A stretch of DNA of 64,000 nt from Nitrospirota bacterium (GTDB lineage: Bacteria; Nitrospirota; UBA9217), in contig CAWCKW010000013.1 of the NCBI GenBank assembly GCA_963796285.1, forward strand, positions 64,001-128,000, read 5' to 3'. The first letter of the stretch is position 1. Each line of letters starts with the position of its first letter. Positions 20,438 to 36,688 of the stretch are shown here, in pieces. A model generated the notes under the pieces. The model searched no databases. It saw nothing but the letters and a program-made list of their open reading frames with translations, and had not been told where the DNA came from. The translations under genes and the position numbers were made by a program.

Positions 20438-22039
20438 CTACCACTCCATCCTATTCTTCGGCACATACCATTCTCTGAAGTTGTAGAAGATGCCGAGCGG
20501 CGCGACCTCGATACCCTTGAACCGTTTGTGCACGATCGGTGTCGCATCGGGGACATAGAGGAATGCGTAGGGCTGCTCTTCCGCCAGGATCTCGTGGATA
20601 CGGTAATAGATCTTCTTGCGTTTTTCAATATCAAAGGTACGGCGGCCTTCCACCAACAAGCGGTCCACCTCGGCATTCTTATAACTGATGAAGTTGTATT
20701 CGCCCTTTTTGGTCTTGCTCGAATGCCAGATGTCGTAGAGGTCCGGGTCGCGGCTCATGCTCCATCCGAGGATCATGGCGTCGAAGGACCGCTTATCGAT
20801 CTGCTCAAGGAACGCCTGCCACTCCATGACCCGGATGTTGACGTCTATGCCCACTGCTTTCAGGTTTTGCTGGATGATCTCCGCAGTGCGGATGCGCTCG
20901 CTATTCCCCTGATTGGTCATGATCGTGAAGCGGAAGTGTCTGCCATCTTTCTCGAGAATGCCGTCGTTGTTCGTATCCTTCCATCCTGCTTCAGCGAGCA
21001 TGCGGCGCGCGCGTTCGGGATCGTAATCATAGCTCCTTGCATTCGGATTATAGGCCCAGGAAACGTCAGAGTAGGGTCCGGTGCACGGTCTGCCAATGCC
21101 GAGGAGCACGCCGTCAATGATATTTCCCCTATTGATCGCATAAGAGAGCGCCTGCCTTACTTTAATGTCGGTGAACAGGGGGTTGGTCAGGTTGTAGCCC
21201 ATGTAGGTGAAGGCATTGGCAGGATAACGGAACTTGCGGTAGTTCTCCTTGATCCTGCGCGTCTCGCTCTTCCGCAGATACTGCAGCGGGTTCAGGCCCA
21301 TCATGTCTACTCCGCCGGAGAGCAGTTCCTGAAACATGGTTGAGCTGTCGGGGATGATCCGGAAGATGAACTGGTCGATCTTCGGTCTGCCCTCGAAGTA
21401 ATCGTCATTCGCCGCGAGCACGATCTTCTGCCCGGCGATCCATTCCTTAAACCGGTAGGGTCCGGTGCCGATGGGATTCCGGTTGAAGGCATCCGTGTTG
21501 ATGTCCTTGCCTTCCAGAAGATGCTTCGGGAGCATGCCCATGTTCCAGCTCTCGAGCGCGGGGGAAAACGGCTCTTTATAGGTCACCCGGAAGATATCCT
21601 TGCTCACGACCTCGGCCTTCAAAACATCCATGTAAGAGCTGCTGTAAGGCGTGGCCACCTTCGGGTCGATGAGCCTTTGATAGGTGAACAAACAGTCTTC
21701 AGCCGTGAATTCCACTCCGTCGTGCCACTTGACGCCTTTTCTCAGGTAAAACGTGATGGTCTTGCCGCTGTTCGTTACCTCCCACCGTTCCGCGAGGTCG
21801 CCGATGAGCTTGATGTCCTTGTCATACTTCACAAGGCCGTTGAAGATCTGATCATCGATCGTGCCGGACGCCGCATCGTTAGCGATGACCGGGTTCAGCC
21901 TCCGCGCATCGCCGATGGAGCTTTCGACAAAGGTATTCGGGCTCCGCTCGGCCTTTTGAACGCAGGCGGGAAGGAGAAGAAGAATCGGGAGTAGGTAGAG
22001 GAAATGATTTCTCATTCTAAAGTATCGAAATACCATCAA
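20438..22039 (-). CDS. Peptide ABC transporter substrate-binding lipoprotein (family 5, AppA/OppA-like)
   Basis: Lipobox LPAC, GDLAERW, LRKGVKWHDG, PIGTGPY; start may be 22015. Confidence 0.92.
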   Translation of the reverse strand: MMVFRYFRMRNHFLYLLPILLLLPACVQKAERSPNTFVESSIGDARRLNPVIANDAASGTIDDQIFNGLVKYDKDIKLIGDLAERWEVTNSGKTITFYLRKGVKWHDGVEFTAEDCLFTYQRLIDPKVATPYSSSYMDVLKAEVVSKDIFRVTYKEPFSPALESWNMGMLPKHLLEGKDINTDAFNRNPIGTGPYRFKEWIAGQKIVLAANDDYFEGRPKIDQFIFRIIPDSSTMFQELLSGGVDMMGLNPLQYLRKSETRRIKENYRKFRYPANAFTYMGYNLTNPLFTDIKVRQALSYAINRGNIIDGVLLGIGRPCTGPYSDVSWAYNPNARSYDYDPERARRMLAEAGWKDTNNDGILEKDGRHFRFTIMTNQGNSERIRTAEIIQQNLKAVGIDVNIRVMEWQAFLEQIDKRSFDAMILGWSMSRDPDLYDIWHSSKTKKGEYNFISYKNAEVDRLLVEGRRTFDIEKRKKIYYRIHEILAEEQPYAFLYVPDATPIVHKRFKGIEVAPLGIFYNFREWYVPKNRMEW

Positions 22040-22043
22040 CGGG

Positions 22044-22146
22044 GTCGTTGCGAGAAGGAAGATTCCTCATGTTGTTGGGAACAGGTGTCGCGATCTCTTC
22101 TTTGAGAGGCGAGATTGCCGCTATGCCGCTGTTCGTTCGCAATGAC
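22044..22146. repeat. Degenerate GTCATTGCGAG...GCAATCTC...GAGATTGC...CTCGCAATGAC REP-like palindromic element
   Basis: GTCGTTGCGAG...GCGATCTC...GAGATTGC...TTCGCAATGAC nested inverted repeats. Confidence 0.6.
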
Positions 22147-22179
22147 GGTTATCTGTATCTTTCCGAAATAGGCTCATCC

Positions 22180-22210
22180 AAAAACAAAAAGGGTAGGCAA
22201 GGCCTACCCC
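22180..22210 (-). terminator. Terminator of the gap-pgk-tpiA-secG operon
   Basis: Minus strand GGGTAGGC-CTT-GCCTACCC-TTTTTGTTTTT. Confidence 0.75.
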
Positions 22211-22244
22211 GTGATTTGTGCATCAATTAGAACTGCATGTGATG

Positions 22245-22580
22245 CTATTTTGCCGGTGCCGGTGCAACGGGCATCTGGGTGGGCGGCGCGAGCGGCACTG
22301 GCGGCGCAGTCTGCGTCTTCTCCTGCTTCACACCTTCCATGATCGAACTCCTCTTCGCCGTGGTAAACGCAAGCGTGAGCGAGGTGATCATGAAGATGAC
22401 CGCTGCGCCTGTCGTGAGCTTGGACAGGAAGCTCTGCGCGCCCCGGGGACCGAACACGGTCTGGGAAGCGCCGCCGAAGGCCGCACCGATATCAGCACCC
22501 TTGCCTTTCTGCAAGAGAACCATGGATATCAAAATGGCCGATACGGTGACGTGGAGAGTGATCAAAAAAATGCGTAACAT
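22245..22580 (-). CDS. secG: Preprotein translocase subunit SecG
   Basis: [23 protein letters not shown]...FLSKLT; follows tpiA. Confidence 0.95.
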   Translation of the reverse strand: MLRIFLITLHVTVSAILISMVLLQKGKGADIGAAFGGASQTVFGPRGAQSFLSKLTTGAAVIFMITSLTLAFTTAKRSSIMEGVKQEKTQTAPPVPLAPPTQMPVAPAPAK

Positions 22581-22762
22581 TACTACCTCCCGATGAATAA
22601 ATTCTAAAAGCTAAAATCTAAGTTCTAAACACTATCTATTTCCAAATGCTCAAACTTTTTTTCAATATTGGAACTTGTCTGGTATCCAGATCTTCGGGTT
22701 AATGCTTTTCCTTCGCGTCCCTTCGACTATACTCAGGGCTGGCATCTGCGTTTAAAACACTT

Positions 22763-23524
22763 CTATTTGAACGTGACGAGTGCCGCGAACGACTCCGGTT
22801 TCAGGCTCGCGCCGCCGACGAGGGCGCCATCGATGTCCGGCATGGCCATAAGTGTAGAAACGTTTTCCGGTGTCACACTTCCACCATACTGGATGCGGAG
22901 GGAATCCGCGACCACCCTGCCGTACGTGACTTCAACCTTCTTCCGGATAAAATTGTGAATCTCGTTCGCCTGCTCCGGTGTCGCGGTTTTGCCGGTGCCG
23001 ATGGCCCAGATGGGCTCGTACGCGATCACGATCTTCTGCATCTCGGCAGCGTTCACGCCCTTGAGCGCGCCCGTGACCTGGCGGTCGATCACTTCGTTCG
23101 CCTTGCCTGCCTCACGTTCCTTCAAGAGTTCGCCCACGCAGACGATCGGGAGCAGCCCCTTATTCAGGGCCTGCCGGACTTTCTTGTTCACCGTCTCGTC
23201 GGTCTCGCCGAAGAACTGCCGGCGCTCACTGTGGCCTATAATAACATATTTACAGCCTAAATCCAACAGCATTTCAGCTGAAACCTCGCCGGTAAAGGCT
23301 CCCTTGTCCTCCCAGAACAGGTTCTGGGCCGCAAGCGCCATGTTCGTGCCCTTGACGGCAATGGCCACGGTTGAAAGCGCCGTAAAGGGAGGTGCAAGCA
23401 CGATGTCTCTGTCCGTGACGCCCGACACAAGCGACGCGAGCCTGGTGGCCAGGTCGCGGGCCTCGGTTGTGGTTTTGTTCATCTTCCAGTTGCCTGCAAT
23501 GATGGGACGTCGTTTTGGATTCAT
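22763..23524 (-). CDS. tpiA: Triosephosphate isomerase
   Basis: AGNWKMN, IGHSERR, AYEPIWAIGTG, YGGSV. Confidence 0.98.
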   Translation of the reverse strand: MNPKRRPIIAGNWKMNKTTTEARDLATRLASLVSGVTDRDIVLAPPFTALSTVAIAVKGTNMALAAQNLFWEDKGAFTGEVSAEMLLDLGCKYVIIGHSERRQFFGETDETVNKKVRQALNKGLLPIVCVGELLKEREAGKANEVIDRQVTGALKGVNAAEMQKIVIAYEPIWAIGTGKTATPEQANEIHNFIRKKVEVTYGRVVADSLRIQYGGSVTPENVSTLMAMPDIDGALVGGASLKPESFAALVTFK

Positions 23525-23632
23525 AGAAACCCCTTGTCTGTCGCAGAGTCGCAGAGGGCGCTGAGAAAAGATTCAAGACGTAAACCTCAAGGCTTAACTC
23601 TCTGCGATCTCTGCATCTCCGCGAGAATTTTT

Positions 23633-24826
23633 TTACTCTTTATCGTCCGTCAACGCCGCGAGCCCCGGCAGTTCCTTGCCTTCCAGCAGCTCGAGCGATG
23701 CGCCGCCGCCGGTGGAGATGAACGTGATGCTGTCTGACACGCCTGCCTTATGCACTGCCACGTCCGTGTCGCCTCCGCCCACAATGGTTGTCGCGTATGC
23801 ATCCGCAACCGATCGCGCGATCGCGAAGGTTCCGCGTGAGTAGGCGTCCTTCTCGAACATGCCCATGGGGCCGTTCCAAATGATGGTCTTGGCGTCCTGG
23901 ATGGCCTCCGCGAAAAGGCGGGTCGTTGCCGGGCCAATGTCAAGACCCACCCATCCCTTGGGGATCTCCTGGGACGTCACGATCTTCGTCGCCGCCCCTT
24001 CCTCCATGCTCTCCGCGACAACAAAGTCCACGGGCAGGAAAAATTTGACGCCCTTGTCACGGACGCCCTTTCTGAGACGCTGCGCCATTTCAAGCATGTC
24101 CTCTTCCACGAGGGAGTTGCCTACTTCCTGGCCACGGGCCTTGATAAAAGTAAAGGCCATGGCGCCGCCGACGATGATCTTGTCCGCCTTGTTCTGGAGG
24201 TTTTCGATCACGCCGATCTTGCCCGAGACCTTTGCCCCGCCAAGGATGACCACGAAGGGCCGCACGGGATTGGCAACGGTCTTCTGGAGATAATCGATCT
24301 CCTTCTTCATAAGGAAACCCGCCACTGACTGCTTTATAAACTTCGTGATGCCGTACGTGGAGGCATGGGCCCGGTGGGCTGTACCGAAGGCATCGTTCAC
24401 GTAGATATCGGTGAACGCAGCGAGGGCCTTGGAAAATCCCTCATCGTTCTTCTCTTCCTCGGGATGGAACCGGAGGTTCTCAAGCAGCAGTACGTCGCCG
24501 GGCCGCATGCCCTGGACTAGATGCTCTACATCAGGGCCAATACAGTCCTTGGCGAATTTCACCTCTTTATTCAGAAGACGGTTCAGCCGCAGGGCGACCG
24601 GAGCCAGGCTGTATTTGGCGTTAGGCTTGCCCTTGGGCCGCCCCAGGTGCGATGCGAGGATCACCTTGGCGCCCGCATCAAGGGCATAGTTGATCGTCGG
24701 GAGTGTTGAGCGGATCCTGGTGTCGTCGGTGATGTTGCCGTTCTCGTCGAGCGGCACATTGAAGTCCGCGCGGATGAAGACCCGCTTGCCCTTGAGGTCG
24801 ACTTTTTCTATGGTCTTTTTGTCCAT
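23633..24826 (-). CDS. pgk: Phosphoglycerate kinase
   Basis: [41 protein letters not shown]. Confidence 0.98.
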   Translation of the reverse strand: MDKKTIEKVDLKGKRVFIRADFNVPLDENGNITDDTRIRSTLPTINYALDAGAKVILASHLGRPKGKPNAKYSLAPVALRLNRLLNKEVKFAKDCIGPDVEHLVQGMRPGDVLLLENLRFHPEEEKNDEGFSKALAAFTDIYVNDAFGTAHRAHASTYGITKFIKQSVAGFLMKKEIDYLQKTVANPVRPFVVILGGAKVSGKIGVIENLQNKADKIIVGGAMAFTFIKARGQEVGNSLVEEDMLEMAQRLRKGVRDKGVKFFLPVDFVVAESMEEGAATKIVTSQEIPKGWVGLDIGPATTRLFAEAIQDAKTIIWNGPMGMFEKDAYSRGTFAIARSVADAYATTIVGGGDTDVAVHKAGVSDSITFISTGGGASLELLEGKELPGLAALTDDKE

Positions 24827-24844
24827 TAATTATTCCAAAAAATA

Positions 24845-24899
24845 ACCACAGAGTACACCGAGAACCAAGCCGAGCTTTATTCTCTGTGATCTCTGTGGT
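24845..24899. repeat. Inverted nonamer element (ACCACAGAG / CTCTGTGGT)
   Basis: ACCACAGAG-TACACCGAG...CTCTGTGAT-CTCTGTGGT between gap and pgk; related elements at 11568-11650 and 23541-23624. Confidence 0.75.
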
Positions 24900-24914
24900 A
24901 AAGCTTTTTCAATA

Positions 24915-26000
<1,086 letters not shown>

Positions 26001-26023
26001 CTACGTGACCCTTGACCCTTTGT

Positions 26024-27349
26024 TTATTCTATCCTATGCATCACGAGCCCCGTCAGGAGCTTGGGAAAGAAGTACGTTGCTTTCTGCGGCATGCGTTCTC
26101 CTGCGTCTGCGACTTCCTTCACCTCACGCACCTTCGTGGGGTTCATGAAGAATACGACCTCGGCAGCATTGTCGTGCATCCGTTTGTCTGCCTCTTCAGC
26201 ATCCTTGATATATTCTATATTGAGACCCATCTTGTGGGTCTCCATCTTGATCCCCAGTAATTTGTCAATGATCAGGTGGTGCAGGATCGAGACATCAAGC
26301 CTCCGGTACGCCTGAGATTTGTCAGTCAGCAATGCGTCCATGTCCGTCTCATTCCGCAGGGTCAGCAAATAGTAACTCTGCTCGCCCTTGACCCGCATGC
26401 CGAACACGTGGGCATGGTCCGCGCGATGCGCCATGGTGTCCAGGATCGTCAGAAGGTCCTTGGACTCGGATCTCTTGTCGAAATCGATGCGCTCGATGTC
26501 GAAATACCGGTTCAGGTCATCCTCAAAGCGCCGGGCGTCGAAGTCCCTGAGATTAAAGAGAGCGCGGTGCGCCGGGAGTATGGTGAGCCCGGGGTCTTCA
26601 AGCCTCGCCAGGAACATCGCGACATAGTTAAATCCTTCATCGCCCGTGAACCTGTCAAATGCCTTGCGTTGTTCATTTCGATACTTCAGCGCCGTATCAT
26701 AGCGGTGATGGCCGTCCGCAATGAAAACAGGCTTGTCCGCGAGTTCATGGGTAATGGCTTCGATACTGTTCTTGTCGCTTAAAGACCACATGCGATGTAC
26801 AACGCCGTCGCTGTGCCTCACTTCCATCTCAGATTTTCTGGTAACCTTCGCAAGGACATTTGCAACCGTGCCCTGGGGGTCCGAGAAGAGCGAGAATATC
26901 TGGCTGAAGCTCGCCTTGCATTGGCGCAGCAGGTTTAAACGGTCGGTCTTGGGGCCTGAGAGCGTTGTCTCGTGCGGCTTCACGATTCCTGAATCGTAAT
27001 CCTCGATCCTGACCAGGCAAATGATGCCCCGCAGGTACTTGGCGGCTTTTCCGGCCTTGTACTCCATCTCGTATACATAGAAAGCCGGGTCCTTACGCTG
27101 TTGCAGTATCGTGGTTCGCGACCAGTCTTCCAGAACAGCGGCTGCCCGGGTGTACCGGTTGTCCTCGTCGCCATCCGCAGGACTTGTCAGGCCATATTCA
27201 AGCCGGATCACATTATAGGGGCTTTTCCGGTAAAGTTCCTGCTGTTCAGCCGGGGAAATGATATCATATGGTGGACAGACTAGTGTTTCTATCGCGCCAG
27301 CCTTGCTTTCATTGTATACGATTCCCCGGAAGGGGGCTATTTTCGCCAT
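26024..27349 (-). CDS. DUF1015 family protein
   Basis: PPYDII, PHETT, IADGHHRY, MPQKATYFFPKLLTGL. Confidence 0.9.
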   Translation of the reverse strand: MAKIAPFRGIVYNESKAGAIETLVCPPYDIISPAEQQELYRKSPYNVIRLEYGLTSPADGDEDNRYTRAAAVLEDWSRTTILQQRKDPAFYVYEMEYKAGKAAKYLRGIICLVRIEDYDSGIVKPHETTLSGPKTDRLNLLRQCKASFSQIFSLFSDPQGTVANVLAKVTRKSEMEVRHSDGVVHRMWSLSDKNSIEAITHELADKPVFIADGHHRYDTALKYRNEQRKAFDRFTGDEGFNYVAMFLARLEDPGLTILPAHRALFNLRDFDARRFEDDLNRYFDIERIDFDKRSESKDLLTILDTMAHRADHAHVFGMRVKGEQSYYLLTLRNETDMDALLTDKSQAYRRLDVSILHHLIIDKLLGIKMETHKMGLNIEYIKDAEEADKRMHDNAAEVVFFMNPTKVREVKEVADAGERMPQKATYFFPKLLTGLVMHRIE

Positions 27350-27535
27350 TTATCGATTCCTTGCCGGAAAAACCCGCAGTATTGAAGCCTCAAAAGACTT
27401 CTTTTATATCACAGCGCCTGTTTTAATGTCAATACATTTTGCAGGGCAATTGACCGAACGATGAGGAATTTCAGAATGGAGTCAATTATTTCCGCAACTT
27501 TCTGCCTGTCGCGGCACCATTGTTAGTAGCATGTA

Positions 27536-28567
27536 TTAGAAATCATTGATCGCATCGATCAGGCTCCGGAGCCGTCCGAAGTTCTGGCGGTTGAAATCCA
27601 CCACGAGCCTGGGTAGATGGGATATTTCCGTCTCATCCTTTTCCTCGGGCAGAGGGCCCGAAAGAATGATGTTTCCCTGGGGCACCAGAATATCCTGAAA
27701 CCGTTCCTTGAGCTTCTGAATATGGTGTTGCGCAAGAACCGAAGTCAGACGGAATACGAGATGGCCATTCACAAACCTCATGCTGTGGTAGCGGCTGTAA
27801 AATCGGTTGATCTGGTTGACCGCGGCTTCCACGGAGTTGACCCGCTCGAAGAGCGAAAAATCCGTATCGCTAATGTATCCATGGGCATGAAGCTCGTTCT
27901 TGATGAACTTGATCCAATTTGTCCAGTAGGTGCCTCCAGGCTCGTCCACGAGCACGAGCGGCAGGGGATTGCGTTTACCCGTCTGGACCAGCGTGAGCGT
28001 CTCCATGGCCTCGTCGAGAGTGCCGAATCCGCCGGGGAAGAGCGCCACCGCGTCCGCTTCCTTAAGGAAAGCCACCTTGCGGTTGAAAAAGTACTTGTAC
28101 GTGATGAGCCGCGGGTTACCCTCGAGCACGGGGTTCGGTTTCTGTTCAAAGGGGAGGCGGATGTTCACGCCGAAGGAGTGCTCTGGCCCTGCGCCTTCGT
28201 TCACCGCCTGCATGATGCCTGCCCCGCCGCCGGTGATGACCATGTAACCTGACTCGGCGAGCATCCTGCCGAAATCGCGCGCCATAGCATAGACGGGGTC
28301 ATCGGAATGCGTCCGCGCTGATCCGAAGACCGTTACTTTGCGCACGTTCCGATAGGGTCCGAAAATCTTGGAGGTGAACCGCATCTCCTTCAGCGTCGTG
28401 TTCATGAGCTTGAGGTCCGCGCTTTCGTCATCTTCCTGGCCGGCCTTGAGCGCGGCCAGGATCATTTCACGCACATACTCCGGCCGTTTGATGCCTTCGG
28501 CGGTCTCTATTAATCTGTCAATGGTCTCGTCAACGAGGCCGTTGGTCTTGGTAAAATGAAGTTTCAT
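27536..28567 (-). CDS. LOG family protein (nucleotide monophosphate nucleosidase-like)
   Basis: VFGSAR, TGGGAGIM, KYFFNRK, PGGFGTLDE. Confidence 0.9.
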   Translation of the reverse strand: MKLHFTKTNGLVDETIDRLIETAEGIKRPEYVREMILAALKAGQEDDESADLKLMNTTLKEMRFTSKIFGPYRNVRKVTVFGSARTHSDDPVYAMARDFGRMLAESGYMVITGGGAGIMQAVNEGAGPEHSFGVNIRLPFEQKPNPVLEGNPRLITYKYFFNRKVAFLKEADAVALFPGGFGTLDEAMETLTLVQTGKRNPLPLVLVDEPGGTYWTNWIKFIKNELHAHGYISDTDFSLFERVNSVEAAVNQINRFYSRYHSMRFVNGHLVFRLTSVLAQHHIQKLKERFQDILVPQGNIILSGPLPEEKDETEISHLPRLVVDFNRQNFGRLRSLIDAINDF

Positions 28568-28917
28568 CGATCGTATTCACTCCTTGCTTTGATGAGTCAG
28601 GGAAGCATCATAAACTTTTTTGAGTTTTTTGTCGAGAGCGAATACTAATTCCAAAGAGAAACGCATCGGCTCTCATAGAGGTATTGACGGATCAAAGAGA
28701 ACATGAATTCCGCTGATTTCCAAGCGTCTTCCGCGTCCGTTGCGATAAAATATTTTGATGATACTTGTTTTGACCGGCGGAGGGCCGGTCTGGCACGCAG
28801 GATTTAATTTTCACTATTCATCGTCTATGCAAAGCCCGAGGACATAAAACAATGACCATACATTTCACAAACTCTCTCTGAGGTTGCGGGACACATATAA
28901 CTGTATCCCGCCGACGC

Positions 28918-28951
28918 AAAAAAAAGCCCATCATCGATTGATGATGGGCTT
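28918..28951 (-). terminator. rRNA operon terminator
   Basis: Minus strand AAGCCCATCATC-AATC-GATGATGGGCTT followed by a T-run. Confidence 0.85.
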
Positions 28952-28960
28952 GAAAAATAT

Positions 28961-29078
<118 letters not shown>

Positions 29079-29154
29079 AACCTTATGGTAATGTTTGACA
29101 CTGAATATGCAAGGATTACTTCGAAAAGCCGAATCTGTCAGAAGCAAAAAATTA

Positions 29155-32157
<3,003 letters not shown>

Positions 32158-32264
32158 CCAAAATCTGCTTCTGGCAGATTCGGCGTTTCTTGATTTTTCG
32201 CCTCAGCTTTTCTTGTATTCTTGCATATTCAGTTGTCAAAGAACAATCCCGAGCTACGCTCGGG

Positions 32265-32324
32265 AATTCAAAATTCAAGATTCAATACTCAAATACTTGA
32301 ATGTTGAATTTTTAATTTTGAATT
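32265..32324. repeat. Inverted heptamer tandem-repeat element (AATTCAA) in rRNA ITS
   Basis: AATTCAA-AATTCAA-GATTCAA-TACTCAA / TTGAATG-TTGAATT-TTTAATT-TTGAATT. Confidence 0.8.
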
Positions 32325-32327
32325 ATT

Positions 32328-32403
32328 TGGTGGAGCTGAGCGGGATCGAACCGCTGACCCCCTGCTTGCAAAGCAGGTGCTCTCCCAGCTGAGCTACAGC
32401 CCC
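32328..32403 (-). tRNA. tRNA-Ala(TGC)
   Basis: GGGGCTGTAGCTCAGCTGGGAGAGCACCTGCTTTGCAAGCAGG...CTCCACCA, 76 nt. Confidence 0.98.
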
Positions 32404-32462
32404 TTGATAACGTCAAACTCCAAAATTCAAGTGAGATACTCGAACTCAGATTTTGTTGTAAG

Positions 32463-32539
<77 letters not shown>

Positions 32540-32683
32540 GTTTCGTTCAGGCTCAGGACTTTTCCCGGGGGTAAAGCTCCGAGCCCATGCCTATAGCCCT
32601 GAGCAACGCTCATGGTCCTTCAAAACTAAATAGGTGATGGCGGAACGACCTGGATGAGAGGTTACCAAGGTAACCCCTGATTC

Positions 32684-34254
<1,571 letters not shown>

Positions 34255-34405
34255 AATCTGATCCTATGCAATGTTACTCAAGGTAACTTGACTAATTTGT
34301 ATCTCTACAACCCGCCAACTTAAAACAGACTATTTGAAAATCTGTTAAAATTTTTCACCTATTTAGTTTTCAAAGACCATGCTCTGCACACATCGCAGAA
34401 TAATA

Positions 34406-34541
34406 AATATAATTTATTAGACTTGTTTTGTCAAGGACTTTATTCTATTATTTGATGTTTTTTATCTTCCGAGCCCGCTGTTTTCTTTCGCGGTCCCATC
34501 GAACGAAGGCGCAATTTATCAGAAACCGCACTCCGTGTCAA
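34406..34541 (-). promoter_or_regulatory. Tandem rRNA promoters P1/P2
   Basis: TTGACA-17-TAAATT (34541-34513) and TTGACA-17-TATATT (34434-34406); boxA-like GGTCTTTGAAAAC at ~34366-34378. Confidence 0.7.
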
Positions 34542-34568
34542 GCCTTTTTTCTTTTCTTGTTCATTATT

Positions 34569-35786
34569 TTACTTTTTCGGTGCTACTCGCACAAAACGCT
34601 TCTTTCCTACCTTCAAAGTATACTCACCGGAAACTTGTAACTCAGCATCAATGTCTATTATCGGTGTTCCATCCACTTCGACAGCCCCCTGCTGTATCAA
34701 TCTCCGCGCCTCGGAATTGCTCTTGGCCACCCCAGCTTGCGCGATGACCTTTGCGAGCTTCATCTTCTCGCCTTCCCAGGAGACCTCGACGACCGGGATA
34801 TCGTCCGGCATGTTCTTCTTGCTGAACACCCTCTCGAACTCGGCGCGCGCTGTGGCGCCTTCCCCGGTGCCGCAGAACCGGTCAACCAGCTCCACAGCCA
34901 GCCGCTTCTTGGCCTCCATAGGATGAAGCGCGCCTGATTCGATATCGTCCTTGATCTGCTGTAACTCATCGAGCTTCACTGCACTTACCAGCTCATAATA
35001 TCTATACATAAGGACATCGCTCACGGACATCACTTTGCCAAAGATTTCTTTCGCTGGCTCGCTGATACCGATATAGTTCCCCAGGCTCTTGCTCATCTTG
35101 TTCACACCGTCGAGACCTTCGAGGAGCGGCATCATCACGATTGACTGCGGCTCCTGCCCGCATTCCTTCTGAAGCTCACGGCCAACGAGTAGGTTGAACT
35201 TCTGATCCGTACCGCCCAATTCTACATCCGCCTTAAGCATCACTGAATCGTACCCCTGGATCAGTGGATAAAGAAATTCGTGAATACTAATTGGTAGCTC
35301 TGATTGATATCGTTTTTTAAAGTCCTCACGCTCAAGCATGCGTGCCACCGTATGCTTGGCAGCAAGCTGGATTATCTCCTCGGCCGTCATCTTCGACATC
35401 CACTCGCTGTTAAAGGCAATCTTGGTCTTGGCTGGATCGAGTATCTTATACATCTGAGACTGGTAGGTCTTTGCGTTCTCGAGAACTTCCATTTTCGTAA
35501 GATGTTTCCTTGTCTCTGACTTGCCCGTGGGATCGCCGATCATTCCGGTGAAGTCGCCTATCAGGAAAATAACTTCATGGCCCATTTCCTGAAACTGCCG
35601 CATCTTGTTGAGAAGCACCGCATGGCCAAGGTGGATATCCGGCGCAGTCGGGTCAAATCCCGCCTTCACGCGAAGCGGCTTGCCGCTGGCGATAGAACGC
35701 TCCAGTCTTTTCAGGAGTTCATCCTCTACAAGGATTTCGACGGTGCCCCGCTTGATAATGGAAAGTTGTTCTTGTGCTGAACGCAT
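34569..35786 (-). CDS. tyrS: Tyrosine--tRNA ligase
   Basis: [27 protein letters not shown]-terminal S4 domain. Confidence 0.98.
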   Translation of the reverse strand: MRSAQEQLSIIKRGTVEILVEDELLKRLERSIASGKPLRVKAGFDPTAPDIHLGHAVLLNKMRQFQEMGHEVIFLIGDFTGMIGDPTGKSETRKHLTKMEVLENAKTYQSQMYKILDPAKTKIAFNSEWMSKMTAEEIIQLAAKHTVARMLEREDFKKRYQSELPISIHEFLYPLIQGYDSVMLKADVELGGTDQKFNLLVGRELQKECGQEPQSIVMMPLLEGLDGVNKMSKSLGNYIGISEPAKEIFGKVMSVSDVLMYRYYELVSAVKLDELQQIKDDIESGALHPMEAKKRLAVELVDRFCGTGEGATARAEFERVFSKKNMPDDIPVVEVSWEGEKMKLAKVIAQAGVAKSNSEARRLIQQGAVEVDGTPIIDIDAELQVSGEYTLKVGKKRFVRVAPKK

Positions 35787-35853
35787 ACGCCTCTTCTTTA
35801 GACAAACCGGAGGAGCACATTGCCGCTCTGCACTCCGTGCCGAACAGCAATAA

Positions 35854-36219
35854 TCACTTCGCTTTGCCCACCAGATCCATCACGATCTGCGTCATCAACG
35901 GATGAGTGCCGACATAATCGGTCACCCTTATCTCGAAAGTCGGATGCTGTTTTCTCGCCATCTCTAGAAAGACGGGGATATCCTGCGTAACATGCACACC
36001 CGACTGCATAAAGAAGGGAACAATAACGATTTTTTTCGCCCCTTGCCGGATACAACGATCCACAGCTTCATCTGGAGTCGGTTGAACATATTGCAAAAAA
36101 GCGTATTCTACGATCTCGTGGCTATGGCTCATCTTAATCGCTTCCACAACTCGCTTGATTGCAGCATCATTCCCGTTGCCTCTGCTGCCATGCCCCAGAA
36201 TTATGACTGCCGTCTTCAT
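35854..36219 (-). CDS. cbiX: Short CbiX/SirB-type sirohydrochlorin chelatase
   Basis: [29 protein letters not shown]. Confidence 0.85.
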   Translation of the reverse strand: MKTAVIILGHGSRGNGNDAAIKRVVEAIKMSHSHEIVEYAFLQYVQPTPDEAVDRCIRQGAKKIVIVPFFMQSGVHVTQDIPVFLEMARKQHPTFEIRVTDYVGTHPLMTQIVMDLVGKAK

Positions 36220-36438
36220 GCAATCTCCTTCAGACGTGTAAGAAGAAAATTTTTATCATAGACCATCGAAAAAGTCAATTTAATAGTGACCGGCATGCAT
36301 TGGGAAGAGAACAACAGCTCTAATAAAAATGCGGGGTCAAATGAGTTCAGGATAATCCGGCTTCACCTTTATGGAATGACCGGAGACAAGGAGATCTGAT
36401 CGTATACAATCGCCGTAGCTGCGCAATGGACACGAAAT

Positions 36439-36468
36439 AAAAGTGGCGGGTAATGTTCTCACCCGCCT
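36439..36468 (-). terminator. Terminator after the 21-aa peptide ORF
   Basis: Minus strand GGCGGGT-GAGAACATT-ACCCGCC-ACTTTTATTT. Confidence 0.7.
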
Positions 36469-36483
36469 TGGACACTGTTCACT

Positions 36484-36549
36484 CTATTTCTTTTTTGTGG
36501 CTTTCTTTGTGACTGCTTTCTTTGTCCCGCACTTTGTTCCACATGCCAT
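36484..36549 (-). CDS. Putative 21-aa Cys/Lys-rich micropeptide MACGTKCGTKKAVTKKATKKK
   Basis: ATG at 36549, TAG at 36484-36486, AAGGGGGTG SD-like motif upstream, terminator downstream, internal repeats. Confidence 0.6.
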   Translation of the reverse strand: MACGTKCGTKKAVTKKATKKK

Positions 36550-36688
36550 CAATCATCACCCCCTTAGGAATATCAGTAGACTCAGAGTCAATCAAGTTTT
36601 ATCCCGTTGTAAACAATATAGCCCGTACCCCTTATATCACAACGGGTCCGAAACTACACGAACGACCGAGAAAACAATATTCGACCTA

